A stretch of DNA of 64,000 nucleotides from Octopus sinensis (Eukaryota), in NCBI RefSeq assembly GCF_006345805.1, contig NC_043001.1, forward strand, positions 46,066,001 to 46,130,000. Direction: 5' to 3'. Below, piece after piece: positions 48,515-61,170 of this stretch. Every line of letters starts with the position of its first letter. Position 1 is the stretch's first letter. The position numbers and the translations under genes are program-made. The notes below the pieces were generated by a model that worked only from the letters and a program-made list of their open reading frames with translations, was not told where the DNA came from and ran no database searches.

Positions 48515-49524
48515 TAGATAGATAGATTTACATATATGTATTTATGTATGTACGTACATACACATAAGATAAAGGAGTACCAAGTCAAAACACATATTGC
48601 TTCTCCCATTACATATATGTGTTTATGTTTGTGCGTGTGTATGTGTGTGTCTATATTTGTGCGTGTCCCCCACCACCGTTTGGCAACCGGTGCTGGTTTG
48701 TTTGCATCCCTGTAACATAGCAGTTAGGCAAAAGTGGCCGACAGAAAAAATACCCTTTAAAGTGGTGGTGCCCCAGCACGGCCGCAGTCCAATGATTGAA
48801 ACCAGTAAAAGATAAAGATAGAAAGATAACGTATTTCGAATGTAAATAGAGTGACCAAATACTGCAAGGCTATTTTTAACGAATGTAGGACAAAATGCAC
48901 TGGGAAGAAATAAAAAAAAAACTTTAGGAGAAACCCGCCCCGAGGACGAAACTCCACCAGGACAAAAAGATAAGCAATTTTTAAATCATAATTTTTATTC
49001 TTATTATTTGTAGTTTATGAACTACAAATGATCATTTCCTCTATAGGCATAAGGCCTGAAATTTAGGCGATGAGAATTGTCGATTACATCGACCCCAGTG
49101 CGTAACTGGTACTTTTATCATCGACCCTCAAACGATCAAAGCAAAGTCGACCTCAGAATGTAAGGACGATCGAAATGCCGCTTGCTAATGATTTTGCTAG
49201 CTAGCCATCTTATTGTGAACTACAAATAATAAAATGTAAGATACTACATTAACTATATAACAACCCCAGTCACAAAAATTAGCATGATAAACATAACACC
49301 ATACGGTGTCTTTGAAATATTAAAACAAACACAATATAGAAAATCTCATTAAGTCTTGAAGTTCATTAAAAATTCATTTTACTGCAGCCTGATGCTGTGC
49401 CCTACGCCATTAAGAAATTCCCCCATGGTCTTTCTCTCATTTCCTTAGTGGAGAGGCAAGTTTCCTATTTTTAACTTACGCTCTAACGGTTTTGCATATA
49501 CATCATTTATAATAATCATTTATA

Positions 49525-49735
49525 ATATCATCATCATCATCATCATCATCGTTTAACGTCCGTTCTCCATGCTAGCATGGGTTGGACGGTTCGACCGGGG
49601 ATCTGGGAAGCCAGAAGGCTGCACCAGGCTCCAGTCTTATCTGGCAATGTTTCTACAGCTGGATGCCCTTCCTGACGCCAACCACTCCGTGAGTGTAGTG
49701 GGTGCTTTTTACGTGCCACCTGCTTCGACATCAGT
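49525..49735 (-). mobile_element. SINE/LINE 3' end with (GAT)n tail
   Basis: GTTGGCGTCAGGAAGGGCATCCAGCTGTAGAAAC block and RTE-like tail ...AACGGACGTTAAACGATGATGATG; related fragment near 63165-63265. Confidence 0.65.
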
Positions 49736-49953
49736 GGCAGACGCCATTAGAAAAACTTATATATAATTTGCAAAGAAGCCTTCACTTTCATCGCTACCTG
49801 GTGGTTACCGCCCATTGACGAGGGACAACAATATATATATATATATATATAGGCAAAGTCGACCTTAGAGGAATATGAACTCAGAACGTGCTAACGATTC
49901 TGCTAGCTCGCCGCTTTACATTCATAATCATAATAATAGTTTGTAATTTATGA

Positions 49954-50295
49954 AGGTACATGGTTCAGTGGTTAGAGCGTTGGGCTCACAATCATGAGGT
50001 AGTGAGTTCGATTCGCAGAGCGGGCTGTGTGTTGTGTTCTTGAGCAAGACACCTTATTTCACGTTGCTGCAGTTCACTCAGCTGTAGAAATGGGCTGCAA
50101 CGTCACTGGTGTCAAGCTATATCAACTAATCTTTGTCTTACCCTCAGGTAACATCAGTGGCGTGGAGAGGGGAGGCTGGTATGCATGGGTGACTGCTGGT
50201 CTTCCATAAACAGTCTTGTCCGGACTTGTACCTCGGAGAGAGACATTCTAGGTGCAATCCCATGGTCATTCATGACCGAAAGGAGCTTTGACCCC
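49954..50295 (+). mobile_element. CORE-like SINE family D, copy 2
   Basis: Collinear with 47815-48146. Confidence 0.8.
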
Positions 50296-50806
50296 CTTTT
50301 TTGTAATATAGGCAAAAGGCCTACAGTTTTAGTAGGGATGGGAGGTAGGTTAGTTGATATCACTAACCTAAGTACCTAACTTGTACTTTATTTTATCGAC
50401 TCCACAAGGATGAAAGCAAAGCAGACCTCGGCGAAGATATAATTTTGAGGATCGTTCCCTATACTTTCAGTCGATCCATCGATCGAATGATAAAATTGAA
50501 CCATGAACGCATGCAAATGCACACCCGAAACAGCTGTAAGCCTATAATAAATAAATGAATAAATAAATAAATGTATATAATCCTATTTTATGTATCACTG
50601 TAAAAACATATCATCTTAACTGGATAATGCAACCACGGATTTACAAATTTGACTGGTGATGGATTTCGACTTCAGCTTTTGACTTTGGATTATGTGGAGG
50701 ACAATACCTATCACAAGATTTTTTACTAGGGGTAATTTTATCTGCAGAGAACTTAAGAAGTATTTCGCTTGGGTTAATAACCCTTATAAACCCCTTTTTG
50801 CTTTGT

Positions 50807-50840
<34 letters not shown>

Positions 50841-51229
50841 TGTATGTATGTATGTATGTATGTATGTGTATATATATAATTATGGAAAAAACACTATTAT
50901 GCAACTCAAACAGTGATAGACATAAACCAATACATAAATAACAAATAATATATATTTTTATAAAAATGAATGATCAATATAAAATATAATACTTATATTA
51001 TATATTGATCATTCATCTTTATACTTTTGAGATCTAGTTATAAGTTATATGTTTTATAAAAATATATATTATTTGTTATTTATGTATTGGTTTATGTCTA
51101 TTACTGTTTGAGTTGCATTATAGTGGCTTTATCTCTAATTTATATTTTATATTTTATATATTTATACTGTGAAATTTGATTTAATACTAAATTGAATTTT
51201 TCCCTGTAAGTTTGGAGTTATACTCCCTA

Positions 51230-51293
<64 letters not shown>

Positions 51294-51348
51294 GTAATAC
51301 AGTTAAGGACTGGTCACAGAGTGACCAATAGTTTGGCATCCATATTGG

Positions 51349-51390
<42 letters not shown>

Positions 51391-51509
51391 CTTCATATAC
51401 ATATATATTATTTGAAAGCCTATCAGTACCAGCAAGGCTTTCTAATACTAAACTATTTCGGTCCCGATTCATAATGTGCGTGTGTGTAAGTGTAATTAAC
51501 TGTACAAAC

Positions 51510-51672
51510 CTACCCGCAAAGCCTTGTTCTGTTCACACGTGAATGTCAGGTTTTTCTCCTTCACATACATAGCGTGGAGTGTTTCTTTACTCATGTAACC
51601 ATTGTTCATAATTACATCTTCTGTATTTCCATTATTTACACTGTCCTGTCTCGTTTTAGCCGGAACTGAACT
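51510..51672 (-). CDS. Internal exon of the same WD40 gene (3' boundary 51510 or 51514)
   Basis: Acceptor tttctttgttctttgtttttaattccag|, phase 0 start; open frame SSVPAKTRQDSVNNGNTEDVIMNNGYMSKETLHAMYVKEKNLTFTCEQNKALR(V). Two overlapping donors: CGG|gtaggt (phase 0, end 51514) and GTAG|gtttgt (phase 1, end 51510). Only the latter joins in frame to the 22843 exon. Confidence 0.75.
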
Positions 51673-51974
51673 CTGGAATTAAAAACAAAGAACAAAGAAA
51701 TAAACCATTTTCTTTTTTGAAGCTATTGAAGAATTGATAGCAACTGATTTAATTAATTTTTTTAAAGATGTTTGGTTGCTTTACTCAACTTACCCATCCT
51801 TTCACCCTTTCAACCTCTCTGCCCCCTCTCATTTATATTTCCTTTGAAAGGTCAAAATTGATGAAATCTGAGCTGTTTTTCATAAACCGCAATCAGAAAT
51901 TAAGATACTAAAAATAAAATAAATTGTGGAGTCTTACTTGGAATTCGAATGAGAAAAGCAAATACATCAACATT

Positions 51975-53414
51975 ATCCACGCATACACAGAATTGTTAAA
52001 ATGTTAACGATTTCAAATACACTTTTAGCTTTCATTTTGGTGAGCCGAGGAGCAGTGGTGTTGCTGAGAAAAGACCCGAACAAGGGGGATTGCATTGACA
52101 ACTTTAGGCCCATAACTCTATTGAATGCAGAGTTCAAAATTTTGACCAATGTGTTAGCTACGAGGTTGGCGCATGTTGTCAGGGATGTGGTAGGAGAGAA
52201 ACAGACATATACCATCCCGAAAAGATCCATCCACGACACCACCTCATGTGATACATCATTTAGAAAGTGGCTAAAGAACCTGGCACGAGTGGGGCCCTAA
52301 TCAATTTAGACCAGTCTAAAGCTTTCGATAGGGTCGACAATCTATACCTGGCGGCGGTCCTCCGGACACCTGGTTTCGGGCTTGTATTCAGGGGCTGGAT
52401 CGCTACAATGCACAGCGACATCTGTTCAGTGGTCAGAATGAACGGTGTCAACGTCTGCTGTGTGGTGGCCTGGGCATGCCGTGGTTGATGATGTGGTCGC
52501 CGTTCGCCAGACACGTATTTCCGCAGCTACTTTCTTTAGCAGAGCTGCAGTCCTGGGTAAAACAGAAACCGAGAGGGAGCATTTGGAAAGTGGAATGTCT
52601 TCAAGCGCTCACAGCCCTTAACCAATCGGACAGTGCGATATGTAGAACGTCCACTTTAGCTTTTGGGCATCGAAGAAGATCAGCTAGTTGCTCTTTTCCG
52701 GAGAACTTTCGGCCCAGAACCAATGGATAATTTCCAAAAATTTCTAGCCTGGCAGTGCTACCGGGGAGCTTTGCCTGTTCGAGATATAATTTACAGGTCA
52801 GCTGAGTATGTCTAAGATGCGCGCAGAACGACGAGACAGTCCTGCATGCACTCGTCCAGTACCCGAGCATTGCTGACCTGTGGGTTTATGTCGAAAACTT
52901 ACAGTCGCGTGTGGGACGGATCCGGCTGTCAACTGAATCCATCGTGAAGATCGTCCCGCCGCCTTCCTTTAACCGGGAAGAAAAGGCTGTTTTTATATGC
53001 CTGGTGGCCATGGCGAAAGAGGTTGTATGGTGGCCGAGATTGAAGGAGCTGAAGACAAACACCTTTCTATTTGGCTAATCCCTGACGAACTTCCTCATGT
53101 TTCACTTGAAAAGGAAAATAAGGGTAGAGAGGGAAGCGTTGTCTTCTCGCCAGTTTGCGGAAAAGATAGATGAAAGTGGTGAGAATGGTGCGAGTGAACA
53201 GGCCTGCCCAGAGTATAAGCCTGTAGTTGGAAAAAAGGAAAGGAAAAGAGGCACCTGCCCCAAAAGTCAGGGTACTCATGGTTTTTTTTATGGGGTTGTT
53301 CCATGAGAAACCCTCGAACGTTTCCTCCCTATTGAAGATTACACATTGTTGATTTCGTTTCCTTTTTTTTAAAAAAAATTATTCGTTAATCTTGTTTACA
53401 CGCAAAACCCTCAC

Positions 53415-53469
<55 letters not shown>

Positions 53470-53540
53470 ATTCTTTGTTTTGTCCTGTACTGTCCAAAAT
53501 GCTTTTCTTAATGTAAATCCTTGTGGTTGATAAAGAAATC
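51975..53540 (+). mobile_element. Tx1/L1-clade LINE fragment with internal deletion
   Basis: KGDCIDNFRPITLLNAEFKILTNVLATRL...QTYTIPKRSIHD and GALINLDQSKAFDRVDNLYL are RT motifs; later AWQCYRGALPVR...RCAQNDETVLHALV is a zf-RVT-like C-terminus. The region between these lacks the QG.PLS and YADD motifs. Confidence 0.8.
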
Positions 53541-54039
53541 ATCATCATCATCATCATCATCATTATTATTATGAAGGTGGCGAGCTGGCAGAATCGAGGA
53601 TGTGTTTATGTCCCCGTAACCTAGCTATTCGGCAAATGAGATCAATAGAATAAGTAACGGACTTAATAAAAAAGAATCCCCCAAAACACTGGGGTTGATT
53701 CATTCGACTAAAAATTTTTTCAAGGCGATACCCCAGCACGGCTGTAGTTTAATGACTAGAACAAGTAATAGATAAAAAGATCTGGCAAAGATTGGCTGAA
53801 ATGGAAGAGAAATGATTAAGGCTCATTGTAAAAAGCAGAGGGAGATCAAGAAGGAGACTAAAATCACTCACTGCCTAAAGAATCGATGATGATGTTTAAT
53901 CGTTACCGAGTCTATACCTCCAATATTCAAATCCGGCCGAGATCAACTCTGCGTTTCATCTTTCCAAGTAAAGTTCTTGTATAGTATTGGGGCCAATGGT
54001 ATCGAGTAACACCTCCCTTCAAAACTCTTGAGTTATTCT

Positions 54040-54225
54040 GTTACTTGTTTCAGTCATTAGACTGCAGTCATACTGGAGTACCGCCTTAAAGGGTTTTAGT
54101 TAAACAAATCGACCCTTATTTTTTCCCTTTTGCCGAACCGCTAAGTTACGGGGACGTAAATATTCTAACATCGGTTGTCAAGCGATGGTGGGGCGGACAA
54201 GTACAGCCACACAAACACTCACACG

Positions 54226-54316
<91 letters not shown>

Positions 54317-54468
54317 CGGTCTTTTATTTTCCATCTACCAAATCCACTTTCAAGGCTTTGGTCGGCCCGAGGCTATAGTAGAAGACACTCGCGCAAGGTG
54401 CCACGCAGTGGGACCGAACCATGTGTTTGAGGAGCAAGTTTCTTACCACATACCCACGCCTGCGCCTG
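54040..54468 (-). mobile_element. SINE family A
   Basis: Reverse complement collinear with family A, with a long (CA)n core. Confidence 0.85.
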
Positions 54469-54799
54469 AGTGTGTGCCTAAATTAGAAAGAATTATTAGA
54501 AGAGTTGTGGAAGGCAGAATTGTTGGGGCACCAGAAAAAAGAATGCCTTGCAGAACTTAGGCCTCCCTACGCTTGAGTTCAGAATTCGACGAAGTTGACT
54601 TTACCTTTTAACCTTTCTGAAACAATAAAATGAGTATCAGTTAAGGAGCTGAGGAAGGGCCATCTATTTGGCTTATATAAGCAAAGACGAAAAAAATGAA
54701 GATGAAAATGGTGAAAAAGAGAGAAAAAGAAGGAAAGAAATACGGAAAAGAAGATGAAGAAAAAGGAAAAGAAGAAAATAATAGCGAATACCTGCTTAC

Positions 54800-54978
54800 C
54801 TGGTCATTTTCTGGGTGTCCAGGTAATGCCGTACTTGTTCTAATAGATTCTGATTGTTGAAGGTCGGGAAAAGGTGAAGAATGAGATGGCGGAAAATCAA
54901 AATCTTTATTCTGAGAAGTCTGTGAAACTTCCAGGGAATGGTCACTTGTTGTGTCTAAATCGCGTTTAATTTCATCTT
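54800..54978 (-). CDS. Internal exon of the same WD40 gene (Ser/Asp/Pro-rich low-complexity region)
   Basis: Long pyrimidine tract ...tttgtggtttgtatccag| and donor CAG|gtaagc; 179 nt, phase 1-0. Translates to (E)DEIKRDLDTTSDHSLEVSQTSQNKDFDFPPSHSSPFPDLQQSESIRTSTALPGHPENDQ. Phase matches both neighbours. Confidence 0.85.
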
Positions 54979-55270
54979 CTGGATACAAACCACAAAAAAG
55001 CAAAGCAAAGAAAAAAAAAGCAAAACAAATATAACAAACAGGAAGAGAAATTATGTTGATGAAAGTGATCATAACAATGATAGGGATGAAGACCAACGAG
55101 GCAATGAAGTTCATTAGATAATCATTTATTCCTTTGCCATCTCTTTTCTTATTACCGATCTACACTCGGCTTACAGTTGTTTCTGCTATAAGATGCAGAG
55201 GACTCATAGTTGAGCGTCTGAGTAACACCTTATAGCTTCATCGGAGCCTCGAATATGAAGTGTAATCTAT

Positions 55271-55376
<106 letters not shown>

Positions 55377-55569
55377 AATATAAAGGATATTATTATTAAA
55401 TATATAATAATAATATCATTGGCTCGCAAGCTTAAAATAACCGTAGAGGTAAAATTAATTTAAATTTATAATTGGATTTTTAATTATAATGAAGGGTACA
55501 AAGAAAGTACCAGCATTGTTAGAAATAGGAGTTAAAATGACTCAAAACCACTTTTATCACTTATACACT

Positions 55570-55599
<30 letters not shown>

Positions 55600-55610
<11 letters not shown>

Positions 55611-55810
55611 AATATGTAGAGGGAGAATTCATAAAAAAGCAAAAGACGAAGACATGTGGTGTAGACAACAAACAGATGTATTAGTATAACGCTCGGGAAG
55701 TGAAAAAGGCTTTAACGTTTCGAGCCTAAGCTCTTCCACAGAAAGGAACACAGAAAGAAACAAGGAGAGAGAATAAAGAATGTGTAGCGGCTAGCGATCA
55801 ATCATGGCGA
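55600..55810 (-). mobile_element. Penelope-like repeat with a hammerhead-like motif, copy 2
   Basis: Minus strand CTTTCTGTGGAAGAGCTTAGGCTCGAAACGTTAAAG, related to 11720-11880. Confidence 0.5.
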
Positions 55811-55836
55811 CTGCCGGACAGAAGGTATATATATAT

Positions 55837-55882
<46 letters not shown>

Positions 55883-55946
55883 TATATGATAAAATAACAG
55901 CCCTAAAACAAAAAGCAAACAAATATGGCCGAAAACATTTTCTTAC

Positions 55947-56010
55947 CATTAATTTGTGATATATCTTTGTTACCCCATGTTTTAGGTGACTTTAAGTCCC
56001 AAGGGTGCTT
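55947..56010 (-). CDS. Internal exon of the same WD40 gene
   Basis: attaaaatttcag| ... AATG|gtaaga; 64 nt, phase 0-1. Translates to KHPWDLKSPKTWGNKDISQIN(E), giving FGQ|KHPWDL..P.TW when joined to the previous exon. Confidence 0.85.
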
Positions 56011-56219
56011 CTGAAATTTTAATATAATTCGGTAATTTATTAGTGAAGTAGAAAATATTAAAATATTATTGTTTTCGTTAATAAACGATTTTAAAGTTTA
56101 TTGTCTTTAAATTTGGCTTTTTGAAGTTTAACGGAAGATAAAAATAAGTTGGTACTAAAAGATAAACCCTGTACTATTCGGTGATAGATATGTTTTAAAA
56201 TCTAACATTTGAATTCAAT

Positions 56220-56435
56220 ACTGGTTTCAAATTTTGGCACAAGACTAGCAATATCGTGGAGGGATTAAGACGATTATATCGACCCCAGCGATCTACAGGT
56301 ACTTATTATACAGACCCCGAAAGGGTGAAAGGCTAAGTCGTCTTTGGCAGCATTTGGACTCACAACGTAAAGTCGAAAGAAATTCCACTACACATTTTGT
56401 CCGGAGCTGTAACGATTCTGCCAGCTCGCTGCCTT
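56220..56435 (-). mobile_element. SINE family B, old copy
   Basis: Ends in AACGATTCTGCCAGCTCGCTGCC, the reverse complement of the family B head. Confidence 0.75.
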
Positions 56436-56466
56436 AAACAAGTAGTGTAAGGCATTGGCATTTTTC

Positions 56467-57343
56467 GGATCTTTGTAGTTTTCGTCACATCATGTCGAAA
56501 TCTTTAAAAAAATGTTTTAATATATCATATAGATGTTATTTTTTACACTGAATCCGAATTTGTTATTCATTTATTCCAGAGAAAATTTGCAAAAATGTTA
56601 CAGGTGTTCAAAGTTTGATAATTTTCAGAGTTTTCAGCCAATCAGAAAACAATGCTTTCGCTGCCTCTTCTATCATCAGCGGGGGATTGGGGTGGATAGG
56701 TATGTCAAAACATTAAACTAGCTATACTAAACAGTGAAAAACTTTAAAACATTCGCGAGCAAATTAGATATTTAAAGGCTACAAACAAACCAACAGGAGT
56801 TGCTAGAAATAACAAGTCAAAACATTACTATAGCGGTTCGGCACAAGAAGCCGATAGAATAAGTACTAGGCTTACAAAGACTGAATCCTGGGGTCGTTTT
56901 GGTCGGCGCTCCAGCATGACCGCAGTCAAAGAATATATCTCCTTCTCCACATAAATTCACAAAGGTAAGAGTCAACCATGGAACGGTGTGCCCCACACCG
57001 ACGTTTGTTTCCACGCTTTAAAGATGCCCAGGTGAGTCCCATCTGTTATGAAAACAAACAATTATAGAACACGTAGTGGTTACACTCCTTGTGAGTATGG
57101 CGCAGCATCTTGGGTTACTATGGAAACAGAGTCCTTCGCAATCCACTATGGAACACGTGATGCTTCTTTGCTTTTGTTACTATGGAAACAGAGTTCTTGT
57201 AAAGGCTAATAACTTTTTAATTATGGATTTGTAGGGAAAACGAATTGTATTTTCATAATTAGTATACAAAACTTAATCCATGTCCCAAATTTGAAAACAA
57301 CTGAAACAAAATTGCAGACAGTGACAAAAACCCACAAAGATCC
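56467..57343. mobile_element. ~1-kb non-autonomous DNA transposon, copy 2, with a SINE A fragment at ~56820-56930
   Basis: Collinear with 12110-13132; ends GGATCTTTG / CAAAGATCC. Confidence 0.7.
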
Positions 57344-58871
57344 TATTTTTCTGATGCTCAAACGATTCCATCAGCTTGCCCAGAACACATTTGGATTAAA
57401 TATTCATTTAATTTTCGACTTAATTTAAATACAAATTCAGGTTTAAAATTTTAGAAATGGATAAATATAAGAAGTCAAAGTTAAAATTAAAAAGATAACT
57501 TAATTTGAAAGTCTAAAATAAAATTTCAAATTGAATTTCATTTCGAATTTTGTTTTCATTTTTTGTTGAATTAAGCTAAAAATAAGATTTTAAAAAATAT
57601 GCATCTTGAACCATCAATGTATAGGGATAGGGCAGATTCAATCTTGGTGACTCAGACCAGTTAGTTGTAAGAACGAATTGTAGAGCAGTGGTTCTCAAAA
57701 CTCAAGAATCAGGCATCCCATAAAAAAATATTATTCCTATTCCTCCTCTTAATTAACGTAAATATAAAATAGTTTGGATCCGTATAATTCTTGTTTTTTC
57801 CTTGCTATGGTGCTGGACATACTTAAAACTATCTTGATTTTATTCAACTTAGCGACTTGCCTTTTTAGATCGTTACACCGCTCCCATTTCTCCAGGGGCC
57901 TGGTCCCTTCCCATGAGAAAAACTGCTGTGGTGTATTATATAATTAAACTCTATATGTAGTAGTATCATTAATATTTTCACTCGTATCCAAATTGCTATG
58001 ATGAATTCAATTTCGTTCGGGAGAGAAATTAATTTATAAACTGGCTTCTTCTTATCCAGGAGGATGTAAATTTCTGTGCATAGTTGGTAATAATGCTAGA
58101 CCAAATGTGAAATATAGGCTTTATCTTGAGCTAAATATCAAATATTTGCTAAATACAATTCTATGTATAGGTTACGGGTATACACACACACACGCATCAT
58201 ACACACCTCATGTGGATGATGGACTTGAATCCAGGTAAAAAAAGTCACAGGGGTTTTGTCCGGCGAGGGCTTGTTGTCCGAGGGGGTTTGTCCAAGGAAT
58301 TGGGTTGTCCTGATCCCATAAACTAATTGTAACTTTTTTTCCTGTGACTTCATTACTGTGTCCTTTTTGCCCCTGTAACTTTATTACCGGTCACCGACGT
58401 ACTTAGAAGCAATTGAACGGAATAAAAACAACTTGAACGATTTATAAAAGCAATAATTATCTTTTTTTACCAAGGGGACCTTCTTTTGCTTCTAACCAGA
58501 CGAAGACAGTTCACCCGAGTTATAAAACCATGGCAGTTGATTCACTCTGGTTATAATTTAGGAACACGGATGGCCTGGTTATAATTCAGGAACACGGATG
58601 GCCGAGTGAATAGGATGTCAGATCGCTATTGGAAAGGTAGGTAGTTCTTGTTTTCAGCTCCACTGCACTTTTCTGGTCAAACCCGTTGACCGTTAACAGT
58701 TGATATCATCACTTTGCTGATAAGTAGGTACTTAAAAGTTTACTTCACAGTAAACGTACCTCAGCTATACAATAACTTGCATGTCGAAAAATGTCTTTTT
58801 TTCACCCAGACCAAAATGTAAAATTATCTAAATCAAACTGTAAATTTGAGAAAAATCGTGTGTATATTTAC

Positions 58872-59042
58872 CTGGCCAAATGTTCCAATATAATCCCCAC
58901 AAATCGTCCATAATTTTGCCGTTTTATCGACAGAAGCACTTAAAATAAATATGCCTGCATCATGGTTAATATATTCCACACTTACAACAGTGCCTTCATG
59001 GCCTTTCCAGCTATGAAGTGTCCTGGGTGGCTCTGTAACCAG
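58872..59042 (-). CDS. Internal exon of a WD40-repeat protein (WDR49/WDR64/WDY-like family), containing a complete WD repeat
   Basis: Acceptor tttcttattcttccacag| and donor CAG|gtaaat; 171 nt, phase 0-0. Translates to LVTEPPRTLHSWKGHEGTVVSVEYINHDAGIFILSASVDKTAKLWTICGDYIGTFGQ, with the GH...V / LSAS.D.T.KLW WD signature. The 'P..L.SW.GH' and 'G.YIGTFGQ' motifs recall WDR49/WDR64-type proteins; orthology is not established. Confidence 0.9.
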
Positions 59043-59083
59043 CTGTGGAAGAATAAGAAATTATTTCAGACTTGAGCGTGTTA

Positions 59084-59158
<75 letters not shown>

Positions 59159-60441
59159 GTGCGTGCGTGCGCGCGTGCATGCAAATCATTGGAAATTTGA
59201 GAATTAAAGAGTGCATTCTTTTTTAAAATATTAAAGCTCATCGACGCGCGTCTCTAGTGGGCTAATTTAGCACTACCATTCTACTCATGTCAACTCACTC
59301 CGTCCTCATGTACCAGAACTAAACTCTGTCGCCATTTTCTCTTGACAAGGTCTTTTCTTTTTATAGCCGAAATATGGAAATATAATATCGAAGTGTAAAC
59401 CAATGGACAGAGCCATTTGAAAGCTACGTAGCTTGACCTTAAACTAAACAACATAGACCCTCTGAAAGAAGACGAACCACTGACCTCTCAGCTAGTGGTC
59501 TGACGTCTTATCAACATAACTGCATAAAGATCTCATCTCGCGGTCAATGAGTAAGCAAACCTATAACTCATCAGTGCCAATAATTTCGTGTTTACTTAGG
59601 TCTCAGATTTGCAGGAAAGAGGTAATATCATGCAGCGATGTTTATGCATCGGCGAAAATTATTATTGAATTACTTAGAAAAACATAAATCTAAAAGTATC
59701 GATCGTTTTCTAAGTTCGTTATTGTTTTGCTGTATAAGCGTAACGCTTCGCGTATATAAGTGATAATCGTTTCTGTTCTGTCTGTCTGTCCTTCTCAGGT
59801 ATCTCTTTAACTTGTATTGAAACCAACACAAAATTACAGATTCAACACCCAGTTTATGAAGCCAATTTCACGCCGGAAAAAAAAGCCCTCCAAAAACTAG
59901 AAGTGTGTTTTCCAAATTAGGTTCCATGAGAAAAAGGAAAAAAAAATTGTCGGATTACGAGAGACGGAGTATCTGTTAATAAGATCTAATAAAAATTTAT
60001 TGAAAAAAAAAAAAAGGCAATTCCTAATTTCAAAATTTCTTTTATTACATATATAACACGTATGTGATGGACCTTCCCCTCGAACGACCTGTACAAATTA
60101 TTTTCTTATAGTGATCAAATCTTCGTTCTGTACATAAACTCACTCTCTCCATCAAATCGACGTTGTTTGAACTGGTGCACGGTGTACCACAGGTCAAGTG
60201 TCGAAGTAATCGCAGAGCAACGTAAGATTAAGAACACAGCGCACCACCCGGTCAAGGAATCGAAACTAGGATTTTGTGAGCGTGAGTGCAACACCCTTAC
60301 CATTAGGCCATAGAAACCGAAGAAATCAAAAATATGAGCGAAGAAAGAAGGGGAAAAAGAAAAAATAAAGAGGTGAAAAGAAAAAGAAGGAAAAACATCA
60401 ATTCAATACCAAGTGCTTCAATTGCTTGCACACTACAAGGT

Positions 60442-60875
60442 TCAACAGAATCTACTGAAGCAAGCCAACGCGCATGCAGTATTACCACGGGCGATGACGT
60501 GGCTAAGGCGTTGTAACAGCCAAGCACCCTCACAGGCATCACTTGAGACATTGCTAAGGCGAGCTGCCAGCGATGACAAGAACTTCGTTGTTAGCGGGCC
60601 AGCTCCTCCAAACTTCTCAAATGCCACGGGATGGAAGAACTGGTTCACTGACAAATCCCGATACTAAAAGATTGTGTTCCGTTTGACTACGGAAGAAGTG
60701 ACCCTCCCATTTACCGCAGCATCCACAATGTGGAAGGGAGCAAAGGAGTCACAGACTGTAGCGTCCCAGATGAGACACTTACCTCTTACCCAGGGACAAA
60801 GGGTAAGAACATGTGGTCTCTTCCTATCACTTCTGAATAACCCCCGCCGGCTCCAGAAGTGAGCAAGAGCGCGCT
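60442..60875 (-). mobile_element. CRE-clade non-LTR retrotransposon C-terminal (RLE endonuclease) fragment
   Basis: LEP.GLFRSDRKRPHVLTLCPWVRGKCLIWDATVCDSFAP...FFHPVAFEKFGGAG...FLSSLAARL...WLLQRLSHVIARGNTACAL matches LEP.GL.R.DGKRPDG.T..PW..G..L.WD.TV.D...P.A.ET.G..G...L.QR.S..IQRGNA. One frameshift and one stop. Confidence 0.8.
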
Positions 60876-60914
60876 TAATTAAGATGCAAAATAATAAATT
60901 GTTTCAGAAATAGA

Positions 60915-61070
60915 GTGGTTGTGTGGTAAGTAGCTTGCTTACCAACCACATGGTTCCGGGTTCAGTCCCACTGCGTGGCACCTTGGGCAAGTGTAATCTA
61001 CTATAGCCTCGGGCCGACCAAAACCTTGTGAGTGAATTTGGTAGACGAAAACTGAAAGAAGCCCGTCGTA

Positions 61071-61149
<79 letters not shown>

Positions 61150-61170
61150 ATATGTTTGTGCAAAAGAGTA
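60915..61170 (+). mobile_element. SINE family A (5' half fused to tail)
   Basis: GTGGTTGTGTGGTAAGTAGCTTGC head; after the (TA)n it jumps directly to AAAAGAGTAAAAAGAG. Confidence 0.8.

Noticed and set aside
54641-55114. 157-aa ORF with hydrophobic ends resembling a membrane protein
   Set aside because: The hydrophobic parts are intronic pyrimidine tracts; only 54800-54978 is bounded by splice sites.
58986-59042. 57-nt exon ending at GTT|GTAAGT
   Set aside because: The frame continues through this GTAAGT (V-S) to complete the WD repeat and reach CAG|gtaaat at 58872; stopping early would cut the repeat.
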